A stretch of DNA of 64,000 nucleotides. Origin: Candidatus Eiseniibacteriota bacterium. GTDB taxonomy: Bacteria > Eisenbacteria > RBG-16-71-46. The DNA is taken from contig JANMQY010000140.1 in the NCBI GenBank assembly GCA_031370785.1, positions 18,627-82,626 of the forward strand, read 5' to 3'. The notes under the pieces were generated by a model. The model made no database searches. It saw nothing but the letters and a program-made list of their open reading frames with translations, and was not told where the DNA came from. Below, one piece after another: positions 1 through 8,190 of this stretch (position 1 is the stretch's first letter; each line of letters opens with the position of its first letter). The position numbers and the translations under genes are program-made.

Positions 1-251
1 AGCGTCAGGCCGAGCAGCGGACGCAGCTCGAGTTCGCGCGCGGGTCCGGGCAGCAGGCGTGCCGCCCATGCGACCCCGAGCACCGCGACCGCCATCGCCA
101 GCCCGCCGAGTCGGGGCACGGGGGAGCGGTGCACGCGCCGCGGCCCCGGGCGGTCGAGCAACCCCTGATCGCGCGCGAGGCGCACTACCAGCGGGGTCGT
201 CGCGAACGCGATCGCGAACGCGGCCAGCGCCAGCATCAGCGAATAGGGCAC
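1..251 (-). CDS. WecA/TagO/MraY-family polyprenyl-phosphate GlcNAc-1-phosphate transferase (5' part only; runs off the window)
   Basis: Not in the ORF track. Manual translation from GTG at 251 gives MPYSLMLALAAFAIAFATTPLVVRLARDQGLLDRPGPRRVHRSPVPRLGGLAMAV, carrying the D-x-P-x2-R-x2-H-x2-P-x-P-R-x-GG motif of this family. It follows the GT2 gene directly. Confidence 0.85.
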   Translation of the reverse strand, partial: MPYSLMLALAAFAIAFATTPLVVRLARDQGLLDRPGPRRVHRSPVPRLGGLAMAVAVLGVAWAARLLPGPARELELRPLLGLT

Positions 252-257
252 TGGGCC

Positions 258-1115
258 TCAGCGCGGCTTGAGCGCGTTGGCCGCGACCATCAGCCACGCG
301 CGAAAGGTGATGAGCGCGCCGACCAGCGCGCTCAGGATCGGATTCGAGGGATGGTGCTTGCGGAAGTAGTGGATCATGCCGCGGTGCCGTTCCAGGATCA
401 CGCGAGTCGCGGTGCGCTTGCGACTCGCGCCGATGTGATGCACCACCGTCGCCTCGGGCACGTAGACCACGGCCCATCCGGCCCGCTTCATGCGCCGGCA
501 CCAGTCCACGTCCTCGTTGAACATGAAGAACGCTTCATCCATCGGCCCGACCTCGTCGATCGCCGCGCGACGCACCACCATGCACGCTCCCGACAGCCAG
601 TCCACTTCGCGCATCGACGCGTGATCCCAGTCGGTCATGAGATAGCGGCGTGACCATGGATTGCCCGGGAACAACCGGGTGAGTAGCGAGTAGCGGTTGA
701 ACAGGAACGTGAACGGATCGGGAAAGGCGCGCGCCGAATACTCGAGCGTCCCATCCGGATTCAGAATGCGCGGCCCGGCGATTCCCACGCGCGGATGTGC
801 ACGCAGGTGATCCACCAGAATGCGGATCGCGCCCGCAGGCACCTCGCAGTCGGGATTCATCACCAGCACGAACGCGCCCGAGGTGGCGCCCAGGCCCTGG
901 TTGACCGCGCGTGCGTAGCCCACGTTTTCCGCATTGGCGATGATGCGTGCCGCCGGAAATCTCGCGGCCAGCGCCTCGGCAGTTCCGTCGCCCGGGGAAT
1001 TGTCGATCACGACGGTCTCGCTCTCGAGTTCCGCTGCGCCGTTCGGGAGCGAGGCCAGCACCTCGAGCAGCGGCTCGCGCGAGTGGTAGTTCACGAGGAT
1101 GTGGGAGAGGTCCAT
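258..1115 (-). CDS. GT2-family glycosyltransferase (WbbL/RfbF-like)
   Basis: Start reassigned to MDLSHILVNY. Motifs VIDNSPGD, NVGYARAVNQG, MNPD, WLSGACM, FFMFNEDVDWC. Confidence 0.9.
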   Translation of the reverse strand: MDLSHILVNYHSREPLLEVLASLPNGAAELESETVVIDNSPGDGTAEALAARFPAARIIANAENVGYARAVNQGLGATSGAFVLVMNPDCEVPAGAIRILVDHLRAHPRVGIAGPRILNPDGTLEYSARAFPDPFTFLFNRYSLLTRLFPGNPWSRRYLMTDWDHASMREVDWLSGACMVVRRAAIDEVGPMDEAFFMFNEDVDWCRRMKRAGWAVVYVPEATVVHHIGASRKRTATRVILERHRGMIHYFRKHHPSNPILSALVGALITFRAWLMVAANALKPR

Positions 1116-1399
1116 GCGTCGGCGGAGGGCTCCGCGAGGGTCGGCGTGCGGCTGCGAGCGCGGCGATTGTAGCATCCCGGGCGCGTGAGCCTTCGGGCGC
1201 AAACGAAACCGCCGGGGATGGCGAGAAGGTCGCTCGACATCGCCCGACGGTTCGCATTTCACGAGCCTGACCACGTGCGTCGGAACCGCTCCCCACGAAA
1301 CTCTCCGGGCCCCAACACGGCGCGAGCGACTCGCAGGCCCATGATGCCCGGCCCGGGGCCGGCCTGCAACCCGATTGGGCAGGCCATCGCGAGATTTTT

Positions 1400-1918
1400 T
1401 CAGGACGGGCCTGGCTCGTCCGGCGCCGCGATCGGGTCGCGACCGGGCGCCGCGAACGGATCGCGACCGAGCGCTGCGGTCAGCCACTCGCGGATGCGCG
1501 CGACGTGAGTGCCGGCCCAGTACCAGCGGCCACACCCGGGACAGTAGTGCAGGTGCTCCGCCTGACGGCGCGCGCGCGGCGGCACGTCGCTTCCCGCCTC
1601 GAACGCGAGGCGGCGTTGGAGCGGCGTGTTGCACGCGCCGCAACGACTGAACGGAGCGCCGGATGGCTCGTGCGTGCGCGCCACCTCACGCAGCGCGGCC
1701 GCTGTGTCGCCTGCCGGAACGCGGAGCACGCGCACGTTCGCGAAGCGCCGCGGGTGTCGAGCGCTGAGCGTGAGCACGGTGCGTCCGTCGCGCCGCGCGA
1801 CCTCGCACAGCTCTTCGAGCCGCGCGCCACGATGGGTCGCGACGTCGAAACCGAGAAAACGCAGACGGCGCGCCAGCAGTTCGAGCGAGGCGTCGGTGAC
1901 GAAGCGATCGGCGGGCAC
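1400..1918 (-). CDS. Mut7-C RNase (PIN-like) domain protein with C-terminal Zn ribbon
   Basis: RFVTDASLELLARRLRFLGFD N-terminus; FSRCGACN ... CPGCGRWYWAGTH. Confidence 0.85.
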   Translation of the reverse strand: MPADRFVTDASLELLARRLRFLGFDVATHRGARLEELCEVARRDGRTVLTLSARHPRRFANVRVLRVPAGDTAAALREVARTHEPSGAPFSRCGACNTPLQRRLAFEAGSDVPPRARRQAEHLHYCPGCGRWYWAGTHVARIREWLTAALGRDPFAAPGRDPIAAPDEPGPS

Positions 1919-2132
1919 TCGCGGACCCTAATCAGACGCGAAGCACGCGGCAAGGCGGCGCGGGGCGGCGTGCGCGACACACAAGGTGATGCGGGCGCGC
2001 CCGCGCCGCGGAGCCCGTCCGCCCGCGGCGTCGCGAGTTCGCGCCCCGGACCGCGCTCGCAACCGCCCGCGCGCGAGAAGGTTGAGGAAGGCCGTTGACG
2101 GAACGGTCCGCTCCCGCCAGTCTGTGCGCCCT

Positions 2133-3326
2133 ATGGACCTGCCACGGAGGCGCGCTCCCTCGCCCCCGCACGAGACGGTCGAAATCCGACTCGGACGCCG
2201 AAGGTTCCTGATCGCCCTGGCCGGAACCGCAGCCTACGTCGCGCTGCGCCCTTCGCTCGCTCTGGCTCGCCGAGTCGGGTCCGCCGATGCCGCCCTTCAG
2301 CCCTGGATACTGAGCGATGCGCTGCCTGGCAATCCCACCGACCTGGCGCGCGCTCTGATCGCGGCCGCGGTGCTTGCGCCCAGTCATTGGAACACCCAGC
2401 CGTGGCGCTTCGAGGTCGAGGGTCCCTCGATCCGGATCGTCGCCGATGCGCAGCGGGCGCTGCCGGTCACCGATCCGGAGCGCCGCTCGATGATGATCGC
2501 GCTCGGAGCTTCGCTCGAGAACCTCCTGATCGCGGCACGCGCGTACGGGCTTCAGCCCAACGTCACCTACATGCCGTTCGAAGGGGCGGGCGGCGTGGTG
2601 GCGGAGGTGACCTGGACGGAAGGCGAGGCCCGCCGCGATCGCGCGCTGTTCTCCACCATCCCGGCGCGCCGCACCAACCGCCGGGATTTCGATGGGCGCG
2701 CGATCTATCCAGAGAACCGTGCGCAGCTGATGGCGCAGGCATCCGAGGACTACGTTCTCCACTGGCTGGACGACCGCGACGCGATGCGTGGAGTGGCCGA
2801 CGTTGCGTACGAGGCGACCCGCACCCAGTCACGCGATGCGCGCGCCGAGGCGGAGCACTACGCGTGGATGCGATTCGGGAACCGCGATGCGCGCCGGCGC
2901 GGAGACGGCATTACCGCCGATGCGCTCGAGTACGGCGGGATCGCGCACTGGATGCCGGGGCGCTCGTTCAATCCTTCGAGCTGGTTCCACCGCTTCGGCG
3001 CGGACAGCGAATCGAAGCAGGCGCGCGGCGCGATCCGCTCCGCGGGGGCAGTGGCGCTGATCACCACCACTCGTCGCGGAGAAGCGGTGTGGCTGATGGC
3101 CGGGCAGATGTTTCAGCGACTCGCGCTCAAGGCGACGCAGCTCGGGATCGCGCACCAGCCGATCCACGCGCCGATCGAAGTCGGCTCGATGCGCGTCGAG
3201 CTGGCGCGGCGCTTCGGTGCGCCCGGGACCGATCCGCTCCTTCTGCTGCGGTTCGGGCATGCGCGCGCGCCATCGCCGAGCGTGCGGCGGGCGGTGGCGA
3301 TGGTCTCTGCGTTCCGGAATACCTGA
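2133..3326 (+). CDS. Acg-like tandem nitroreductase-fold flavoprotein with twin-arginine signal
   Basis: GRRRFLIALAGTAA signal; AAVLAPSHWNTQPWRF; RRTNRRDF; C-terminal LLLRFG...SVRR. Confidence 0.75.
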   Translation: MDLPRRRAPSPPHETVEIRLGRRRFLIALAGTAAYVALRPSLALARRVGSADAALQPWILSDALPGNPTDLARALIAAAVLAPSHWNTQPWRFEVEGPSIRIVADAQRALPVTDPERRSMMIALGASLENLLIAARAYGLQPNVTYMPFEGAGGVVAEVTWTEGEARRDRALFSTIPARRTNRRDFDGRAIYPENRAQLMAQASEDYVLHWLDDRDAMRGVADVAYEATRTQSRDARAEAEHYAWMRFGNRDARRRGDGITADALEYGGIAHWMPGRSFNPSSWFHRFGADSESKQARGAIRSAGAVALITTTRRGEAVWLMAGQMFQRLALKATQLGIAHQPIHAPIEVGSMRVELARRFGAPGTDPLLLLRFGHARAPSPSVRRAVAMVSAFRNT

Positions 3327-3334
3327 ACGCAGCT

Positions 3335-4777
3335 CTAGGCGCCGCCGCTGACCGTCATCTCGGCGATGAGAACGGTGGGGCAGGCGACCGAGTGGTCGAA
3401 GCGCAGGTCGTTGCCGATCGCGATCACGTTCCGAAGCATCTCGAGCGAGTTGCCGGCGACCGTGACCCCATCGACCGGGAACAGCTTCTCGCCCTTCTCG
3501 ATCCAGAACCCCTGAGCCTGGTACGAGTAGTCGCCGGTTACCGGGTTGAATCCGAACGAGCCCTGGTCGTCCATCAGGAAACCGCGCTCCACCTTCTTGA
3601 GGATCTGCTCCGGAGTTTCGGTGCCGGGCTCGAGGTAGAGGTTGGAGTAGCCGATGCCGGGTTGCGACGAGTACGAGCGCACCGCGCTGCCGGTCGAAGT
3701 CGTGCCCGCGCGCCGCGCGTAGTAATAGTCGTACTCGAACATCGCGCAGCGGCCGTGATCGATCAGCACGTTGCGCCGGGTGGCCACGCCTTCGCCGTCG
3801 TAGGGATCGGTGCCGATCCCGCCGCGCATGCGCCCATCGTCCACCAGCGTGATCTGCGGCGCCGCGATCATCTCGCCGAGCCGACCGGTGAGCCACGACG
3901 ACTGCTTGATCACCGACTCGCCGCTGAACGCATCGTGCATCTCGGAGATCCAGGCGCCCGCGATGTCGGGATGCAGGATGACTGGGACCCGGGCCGAGGG
4001 AATGGTGCGCGCGCCGATTCGAGCCACCGCGCGGCGCGCCGCCTCGGACGCGACGAATTCGAGCGCCGGCAGATCGCGCACCGCGTGCTTCGCGCTGCCG
4101 AAGTATCCGGTCTGCTGCTTGCCGTCGCGATCGTCGGCGAGCGGCACCACCGACAGGCTGACCGAGGTTCCGCTCCAGCGCCGCGCCACGCCATGCGAGT
4201 TGACGATGGCGCTGGTGCCATCGCTGCTGCGCGCGCTCGCGCCCTCGGTGCGGCGGATGCGGGGATCGTAGGCGAGCGCGAGGCGCTCCAGCTCGTGCGC
4301 CCATTCGATCTGGCGGTCGGCCTCGAGCGCGGGCACCGCGGGATCGAACAGCGCGAGATCGACGTCCAGGGCGGGCCCGGCCTCGGCCGGCGTCGGCGCG
4401 CCGTTGCACGGGTCGGGCGTTGAGAGCCGCGCGAGCGCCACCGCGTGATGCGCGGCATCGTCGAGCGCCGCCGGGCGCAGGTCGGTGGTCGAGACGAATC
4501 CAACCGCGTCGTTCACCCACACCCTCAAGCCAAGCCCTCGGGTTGCGCTGTGCTTGAGCGTCTCGATGATGCCGCCGTTGACCGTGACCGTGAATGCGCG
4601 ACTGCTCTCGACGCAGGCCTCGGCATGCGCGGCGCCCGCCGCGCGCGCGCGCTCGACCGCCTGCGCGGCGATCGCCTCGAGCTGATCGCCCGATGCGGGC
4701 CCGGAGCCCGCCGCGGCGCGGGCTTCGCTCAACGCCTCGGCGTTCATGCTGTCGTGGTTTCCGTCGCGTGCGCTCAC
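3335..4777 (-). CDS. pmbA: TldE/PmbA metalloprotease subunit
   Basis: GLGLRVW, YDGEGV, NPVTGDYS, TVAGN, CPTVLIAEMTVSG. No HExxxH. GTG start overlaps the tldD stop (GTGA). Confidence 0.88.
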   Translation of the reverse strand: MSARDGNHDSMNAEALSEARAAAGSGPASGDQLEAIAAQAVERARAAGAAHAEACVESSRAFTVTVNGGIIETLKHSATRGLGLRVWVNDAVGFVSTTDLRPAALDDAAHHAVALARLSTPDPCNGAPTPAEAGPALDVDLALFDPAVPALEADRQIEWAHELERLALAYDPRIRRTEGASARSSDGTSAIVNSHGVARRWSGTSVSLSVVPLADDRDGKQQTGYFGSAKHAVRDLPALEFVASEAARRAVARIGARTIPSARVPVILHPDIAGAWISEMHDAFSGESVIKQSSWLTGRLGEMIAAPQITLVDDGRMRGGIGTDPYDGEGVATRRNVLIDHGRCAMFEYDYYYARRAGTTSTGSAVRSYSSQPGIGYSNLYLEPGTETPEQILKKVERGFLMDDQGSFGFNPVTGDYSYQAQGFWIEKGEKLFPVDGVTVAGNSLEMLRNVIAIGNDLRFDHSVACPTVLIAEMTVSGGA

Positions 4778-6204
4778 GTGCGCGTTCCTCCCACCGTCAT
4801 CTCGGTGAAGCGCACGGTCGGCTGTCCGACCCCACACGGCTTCCACTGACCGTTCTTGCCGCATGAGCCGGTGGTGCCGTCGATCTTGAGGTCGCTCGCG
4901 ACCGCGTCAATCTTGAGCATCGCGTCGTTGCCGTTGCCGGTCAGTGTCGCGTTGCGCACCGGATGGGTGAGGCGCCCGTTCTCGATCTGCCAGGCCTCGG
5001 TGACCTGGAACGAAAAGTTTCCGTCGGCGGGATTCACCGAGCCGCCGCCCAGGTTCTTGCAGAACAGGCCGCGCTGGACCGAGCCAATCACGTCGTCGGG
5101 AGAGGCTGGGCCGCCTTCGATGTAGGTGTTGGTCATGCGGCACAGCGGATAGTCGCGATAGGAATTCCTGCGCCCGTTGCCGGTGGGCTTCTCCCCGGTG
5201 AGCCGCGCGTTGAGCAGATCCCACATGTAGCCGACCAGCATGCCGTCCTCGACCAGCACGGTGCGCTGCGCTGGAGTCCCTTCGTCGTCCACGCGGAACG
5301 AGCCGCGGCTGTACGGGACGACTCCGCTGTCCACGATGGTGACGCCTCGCGCCGCGACCTGGCGCCCGCGCTGGCCGGCGCGGATCGAGGTCTGCTTGCG
5401 GATCGTGTCGCCCTCCATGCTGTGCCCGAAGCACTCGTGCACCATCACCCCACCCCAGCCCGGCGCCACCACCACCGGATACGCGCCGGCCTCGGGCTCG
5501 TGCGCGTGGAGCAGCGTCACCGCGGTCGTAGCGGATTCCCGGGCGATGATCTCGGGGGTGCGCTCGTTCTGGAAGTAGTCCGCCTCCACGCAGCCGCCGC
5601 CCGCGGCGAAGCCCTGCTGGCGGCCATCGCCTTCGAGCGCGAGCGCGGAAACGCTGAGGCGGGTGAGGTACTGGCGGTCTTCGGCCCAGAGCCCGTCGCT
5701 GTTGGCGACCACGAACGATCGCGAAGAGTCGGCCAGCGTCGCCTCGACCTCGCGAATCCGCCCGTCGTGCGTGCGCGCGGCTTCGTCGGCGCGGCGCAAC
5801 AGGGCGATGCGCGCCGGCGCATCGAGAGCGAGCGGCGCGGGATGGCGGAGGGTGAACGGCGCCGGCGCATCGTTGACCCGGAAAGCCGAGGGCGCGCCGC
5901 CGGTCCCGTTGCGCGCAATGCGTGCCGCAACCCTGGCCGCCTCGCGCAGGTCGTCGGGCGCGAAGCCGTCGGCGTAGGCGTAACCGGTCTGCTCGCCGCG
6001 AATCGCGCGCACGCCGACGCCCTGAAGCACGCTGTGACTCGAGTTCTTGAGGCGCTGCTCGTCGAGCGAGAACGCAGTCTGCACCGTGTACTCGGCATAG
6101 ATCTCGGCGAACTCGGCGCCCTGGCCGCGGCCCAGCCCGATCAGCTCGGCCGCGAGCTCACGGGGCAGGAGTGCGGCAACGTCGATTTCGACGCGGGCGT
6201 TCAT
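4774..6204 (-). CDS. tldD: TldD metalloprotease
   Basis: HECFGH (HExxxH), DDEGTP, TGNGRR, RMTNTY, CGKNGQ, GQPT. Confidence 0.92.
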   Translation of the reverse strand: MNARVEIDVAALLPRELAAELIGLGRGQGAEFAEIYAEYTVQTAFSLDEQRLKNSSHSVLQGVGVRAIRGEQTGYAYADGFAPDDLREAARVAARIARNGTGGAPSAFRVNDAPAPFTLRHPAPLALDAPARIALLRRADEAARTHDGRIREVEATLADSSRSFVVANSDGLWAEDRQYLTRLSVSALALEGDGRQQGFAAGGGCVEADYFQNERTPEIIARESATTAVTLLHAHEPEAGAYPVVVAPGWGGVMVHECFGHSMEGDTIRKQTSIRAGQRGRQVAARGVTIVDSGVVPYSRGSFRVDDEGTPAQRTVLVEDGMLVGYMWDLLNARLTGEKPTGNGRRNSYRDYPLCRMTNTYIEGGPASPDDVIGSVQRGLFCKNLGGGSVNPADGNFSFQVTEAWQIENGRLTHPVRNATLTGNGNDAMLKIDAVASDLKIDGTTGSCGKNGQWKPCGVGQPTVRFTEMTVGGTRT

Positions 6205-6440
6205 GGGTCGAATGGTCCTCGGAATCGAGAAGACTGCGGCGGGAGCGCCAGGGAATGATCCGGCGCAGGGCGCAGTCTAGGGGGTCCGGAACCGGTCGGC
6301 AAACCGCGCCGCGCGGTCGGGCCCATGCACTGTGCACGTTCGAATCGGTCCGGCCTCGGGTCCGCACCGGGTGGGGGCCGTCGGGAGAGGGCGCTGTCGG
6401 GCAGCCGGTTAGCGGTACTGTCAGTCTCTTCGAGAAATAA

Positions 6441-6487
6441 ATTGACTCAAGAGTCATTTGCTTTGTAGCTTACCGACCGTTCAGTCA
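6441..6487 (+). promoter_or_regulatory. Sigma-70-like promoter overlapped by a palindromic operator (probably TetR autoregulation)
   Basis: TTGACT-N18-TAGCTT. Perfect inverted repeat TGACTC-AA-GAGTCA at 6443-6456 covers the -35 box. AT-rich island in GC-rich DNA. Confidence 0.6.
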
Positions 6488-6522
6488 TCAGACGGCCCAT
6501 GCAACGCCCCCGGGAGACCTCG

Positions 6523-7356
6523 ATGAGCCAGGTGAAGAAGAATCGCAGGAATGCGCCGATCGAACGCACGGCGTCGGCGGCCCCGCACGCGCGCACGGCG
6601 CCCTTCGCGCAGACCGCGCCGCCCGCGCGCAATTCACCATCGATGAGCGCCGCGTCCGGAGGTGGTGCATCCCCCGGCCGCAGCGCGTCGCCCGCAAAGC
6701 GGGCGCGTCCCGAGCCGCGCTGGCAGCGCCGCAAGGAAGCGCGCCCCGGGGAAATCCTCGAGGCGGCGCTCGAGCAATTCGTCGAGAAAGGCTACGCGGC
6801 GACCAAGCTCGAGGACGTCGCGCAGCGGGCCGGCGTCACCAAGGGCACGATGTACCTCTACTTCGAGAGCAAGGGCGCGTTGTTCAAGGCGGTGGTGCTC
6901 GCGAACGTGGTTCCCGCCATCGAGCGCGCCGAGCATCTGATCGCCGAGTTCCAGGGCAGCTCGCGCGACCTGCTGGTGCAGTACGTGCGCGGCTGGATGG
7001 ACACCGTCTACAACACCGCGCTTTCCGGCCTGCCCAAGCTGCTGATCTCGGAGGCCGCGAACTTCCCGGAGATGGCGCGCTTCTATCACACCGAGGTCGT
7101 GGATCGCAGCCAGCGCCTGCTGTGCGGCATCATTCAGCGCGGCATCGAGAGCGGTGAATTCCGCGGGGTGGATCCGGATTACGCCGCACGGATCCTGCGC
7201 GCGCCGCTCCTTCTCTCCGCGGTCTGGAAGCACTCGCTGCTCAAGACCGAGAGCTGCACGGTGGACGTGCAGCAGTACCTCGAGGCTCACATCGACCTGA
7301 TGCTCCACGGCATGCTCGCTGGACCGGAGCAGCCCACGGAGAAGCCGCATGCGTAG
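6523..7356 (+). CDS. TetR/AcrR-family regulator with long basic N-terminal extension
   Basis: RRKEARPGEILEAALEQFVEKGYAATKLEDVAQRAGVTKGTMYLYFESK HTH. Start uncertain (6499 or 6523). Confidence 0.9.
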   Translation: MSQVKKNRRNAPIERTASAAPHARTAPFAQTAPPARNSPSMSAASGGGASPGRSASPAKRARPEPRWQRRKEARPGEILEAALEQFVEKGYAATKLEDVAQRAGVTKGTMYLYFESKGALFKAVVLANVVPAIERAEHLIAEFQGSSRDLLVQYVRGWMDTVYNTALSGLPKLLISEAANFPEMARFYHTEVVDRSQRLLCGIIQRGIESGEFRGVDPDYAARILRAPLLLSAVWKHSLLKTESCTVDVQQYLEAHIDLMLHGMLAGPEQPTEKPHA

Positions 7357-7477
7357 CACGATCGAGATCGCTGGAGTCGGCGGCGCGATCCTGGCCCCGA
7401 TCCTGTTCTACTCGTACTCGAAAACGCTGTGGCTGGCCGCCGACCTGATGTTCCGCCCGCAGCCCGCCGGCGAATGA
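7349..7477 (+). CDS. 42-aa membrane peptide resembling the C-terminal helix of DUF983 proteins (small protein or remnant)
   Basis: MRSTIEIAGVGGAILAPILFYSYSKTLWLAADLMFRPQPAGE*; ATG overlaps the end of tetR; GC3-rich codons. Confidence 0.45.
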   Translation: MRSTIEIAGVGGAILAPILFYSYSKTLWLAADLMFRPQPAGE

Positions 7478-7537
7478 GCCCCGCACGACATTCTGCGCTA
7501 TGCTCGCGCCCCGTGATTCCCCCCGAGGAGACCAGGC

Positions 7538-7888
7538 ATGAGGCGTGAGATTGCGAGCGGTGTGGGGCTGGCGGTTGGTCTGATCGCGCTCGTGGCGCTC
7601 GGTCCCTGGCTGGTGCGCGAGGTGCGCAGCCTTCCGCGCGGAAGCGAGCTCGCGGCGCGCGCCGACCAGCGCGTGGTCACCCTCGAAGTCGGCGGCATGA
7701 CCTGCGCGGGCTGCGCGGCAAAGATTCAGTCCGAGCTCGAGGCTTTGCCCGGCGTCTCCGCGGTCGAAGTCCGCCTGCCGCAGCGCCGTGCCTACGTGGT
7801 ATGCGCGCGAACGGTCGCCGATACGGCGCTGACCGCCACCATCGGCCGGGCCGGGCCCGGATATCTGGGGTCGGTCGCCCGCGATTGA
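7538..7888 (+). CDS. Membrane-anchored heavy-metal-associated (HMA) domain protein
   Basis: N-terminal TM helix, then VGGMTCAGCAAKIQSELEALPGV; RBS GAGGAG. Confidence 0.85.
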   Translation: MRREIASGVGLAVGLIALVALGPWLVREVRSLPRGSELAARADQRVVTLEVGGMTCAGCAAKIQSELEALPGVSAVEVRLPQRRAYVVCARTVADTALTATIGRAGPGYLGSVARD

Positions 7889-8190
7889 TCGGGAAGCACC
7901 GGCAGCCCCTCTTGGTCGGGCCCGGACAGCCGGTCTAAGGCCAAGGCTCCGAGAGAATTCCGACCTGATGCGCGTGCTCTCGCCCTGCGCCGGGCCGACC
8001 CGGATGCCCGGGAAAAGAGGGCCGGCTCAGCCCACAGACCGATGACGGTTGGCCCACTGCACATATTTTTCTTCGCACAAGTCGTATCTGGGCCATGGAT
8101 GACGATGGTAGACTACGCGGGCACAGTTCGCCTGTTCCGAGCCCGTTACACTCCCTCACGGTCCCTTCCCGCACCGGGAGCCTCTCAACC

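Noticed and set aside
2133..6204. TldD/PmbA + nitroreductase as a RiPP (azole) cluster
   Set aside because: The genes are convergent rather than co-operonic, and no YcaO, precursor peptide or transporter is visible. TldDE are common housekeeping genes.
7940..7990. SRP RNA (minus-strand TCAGGTCGGAA); also 6S RNA (CTTGAACC at 15922)
   Set aside because: The SRP GGAAGCAGC half is absent, and the rocF spacer is under 100 nt, too short for 6S RNA.
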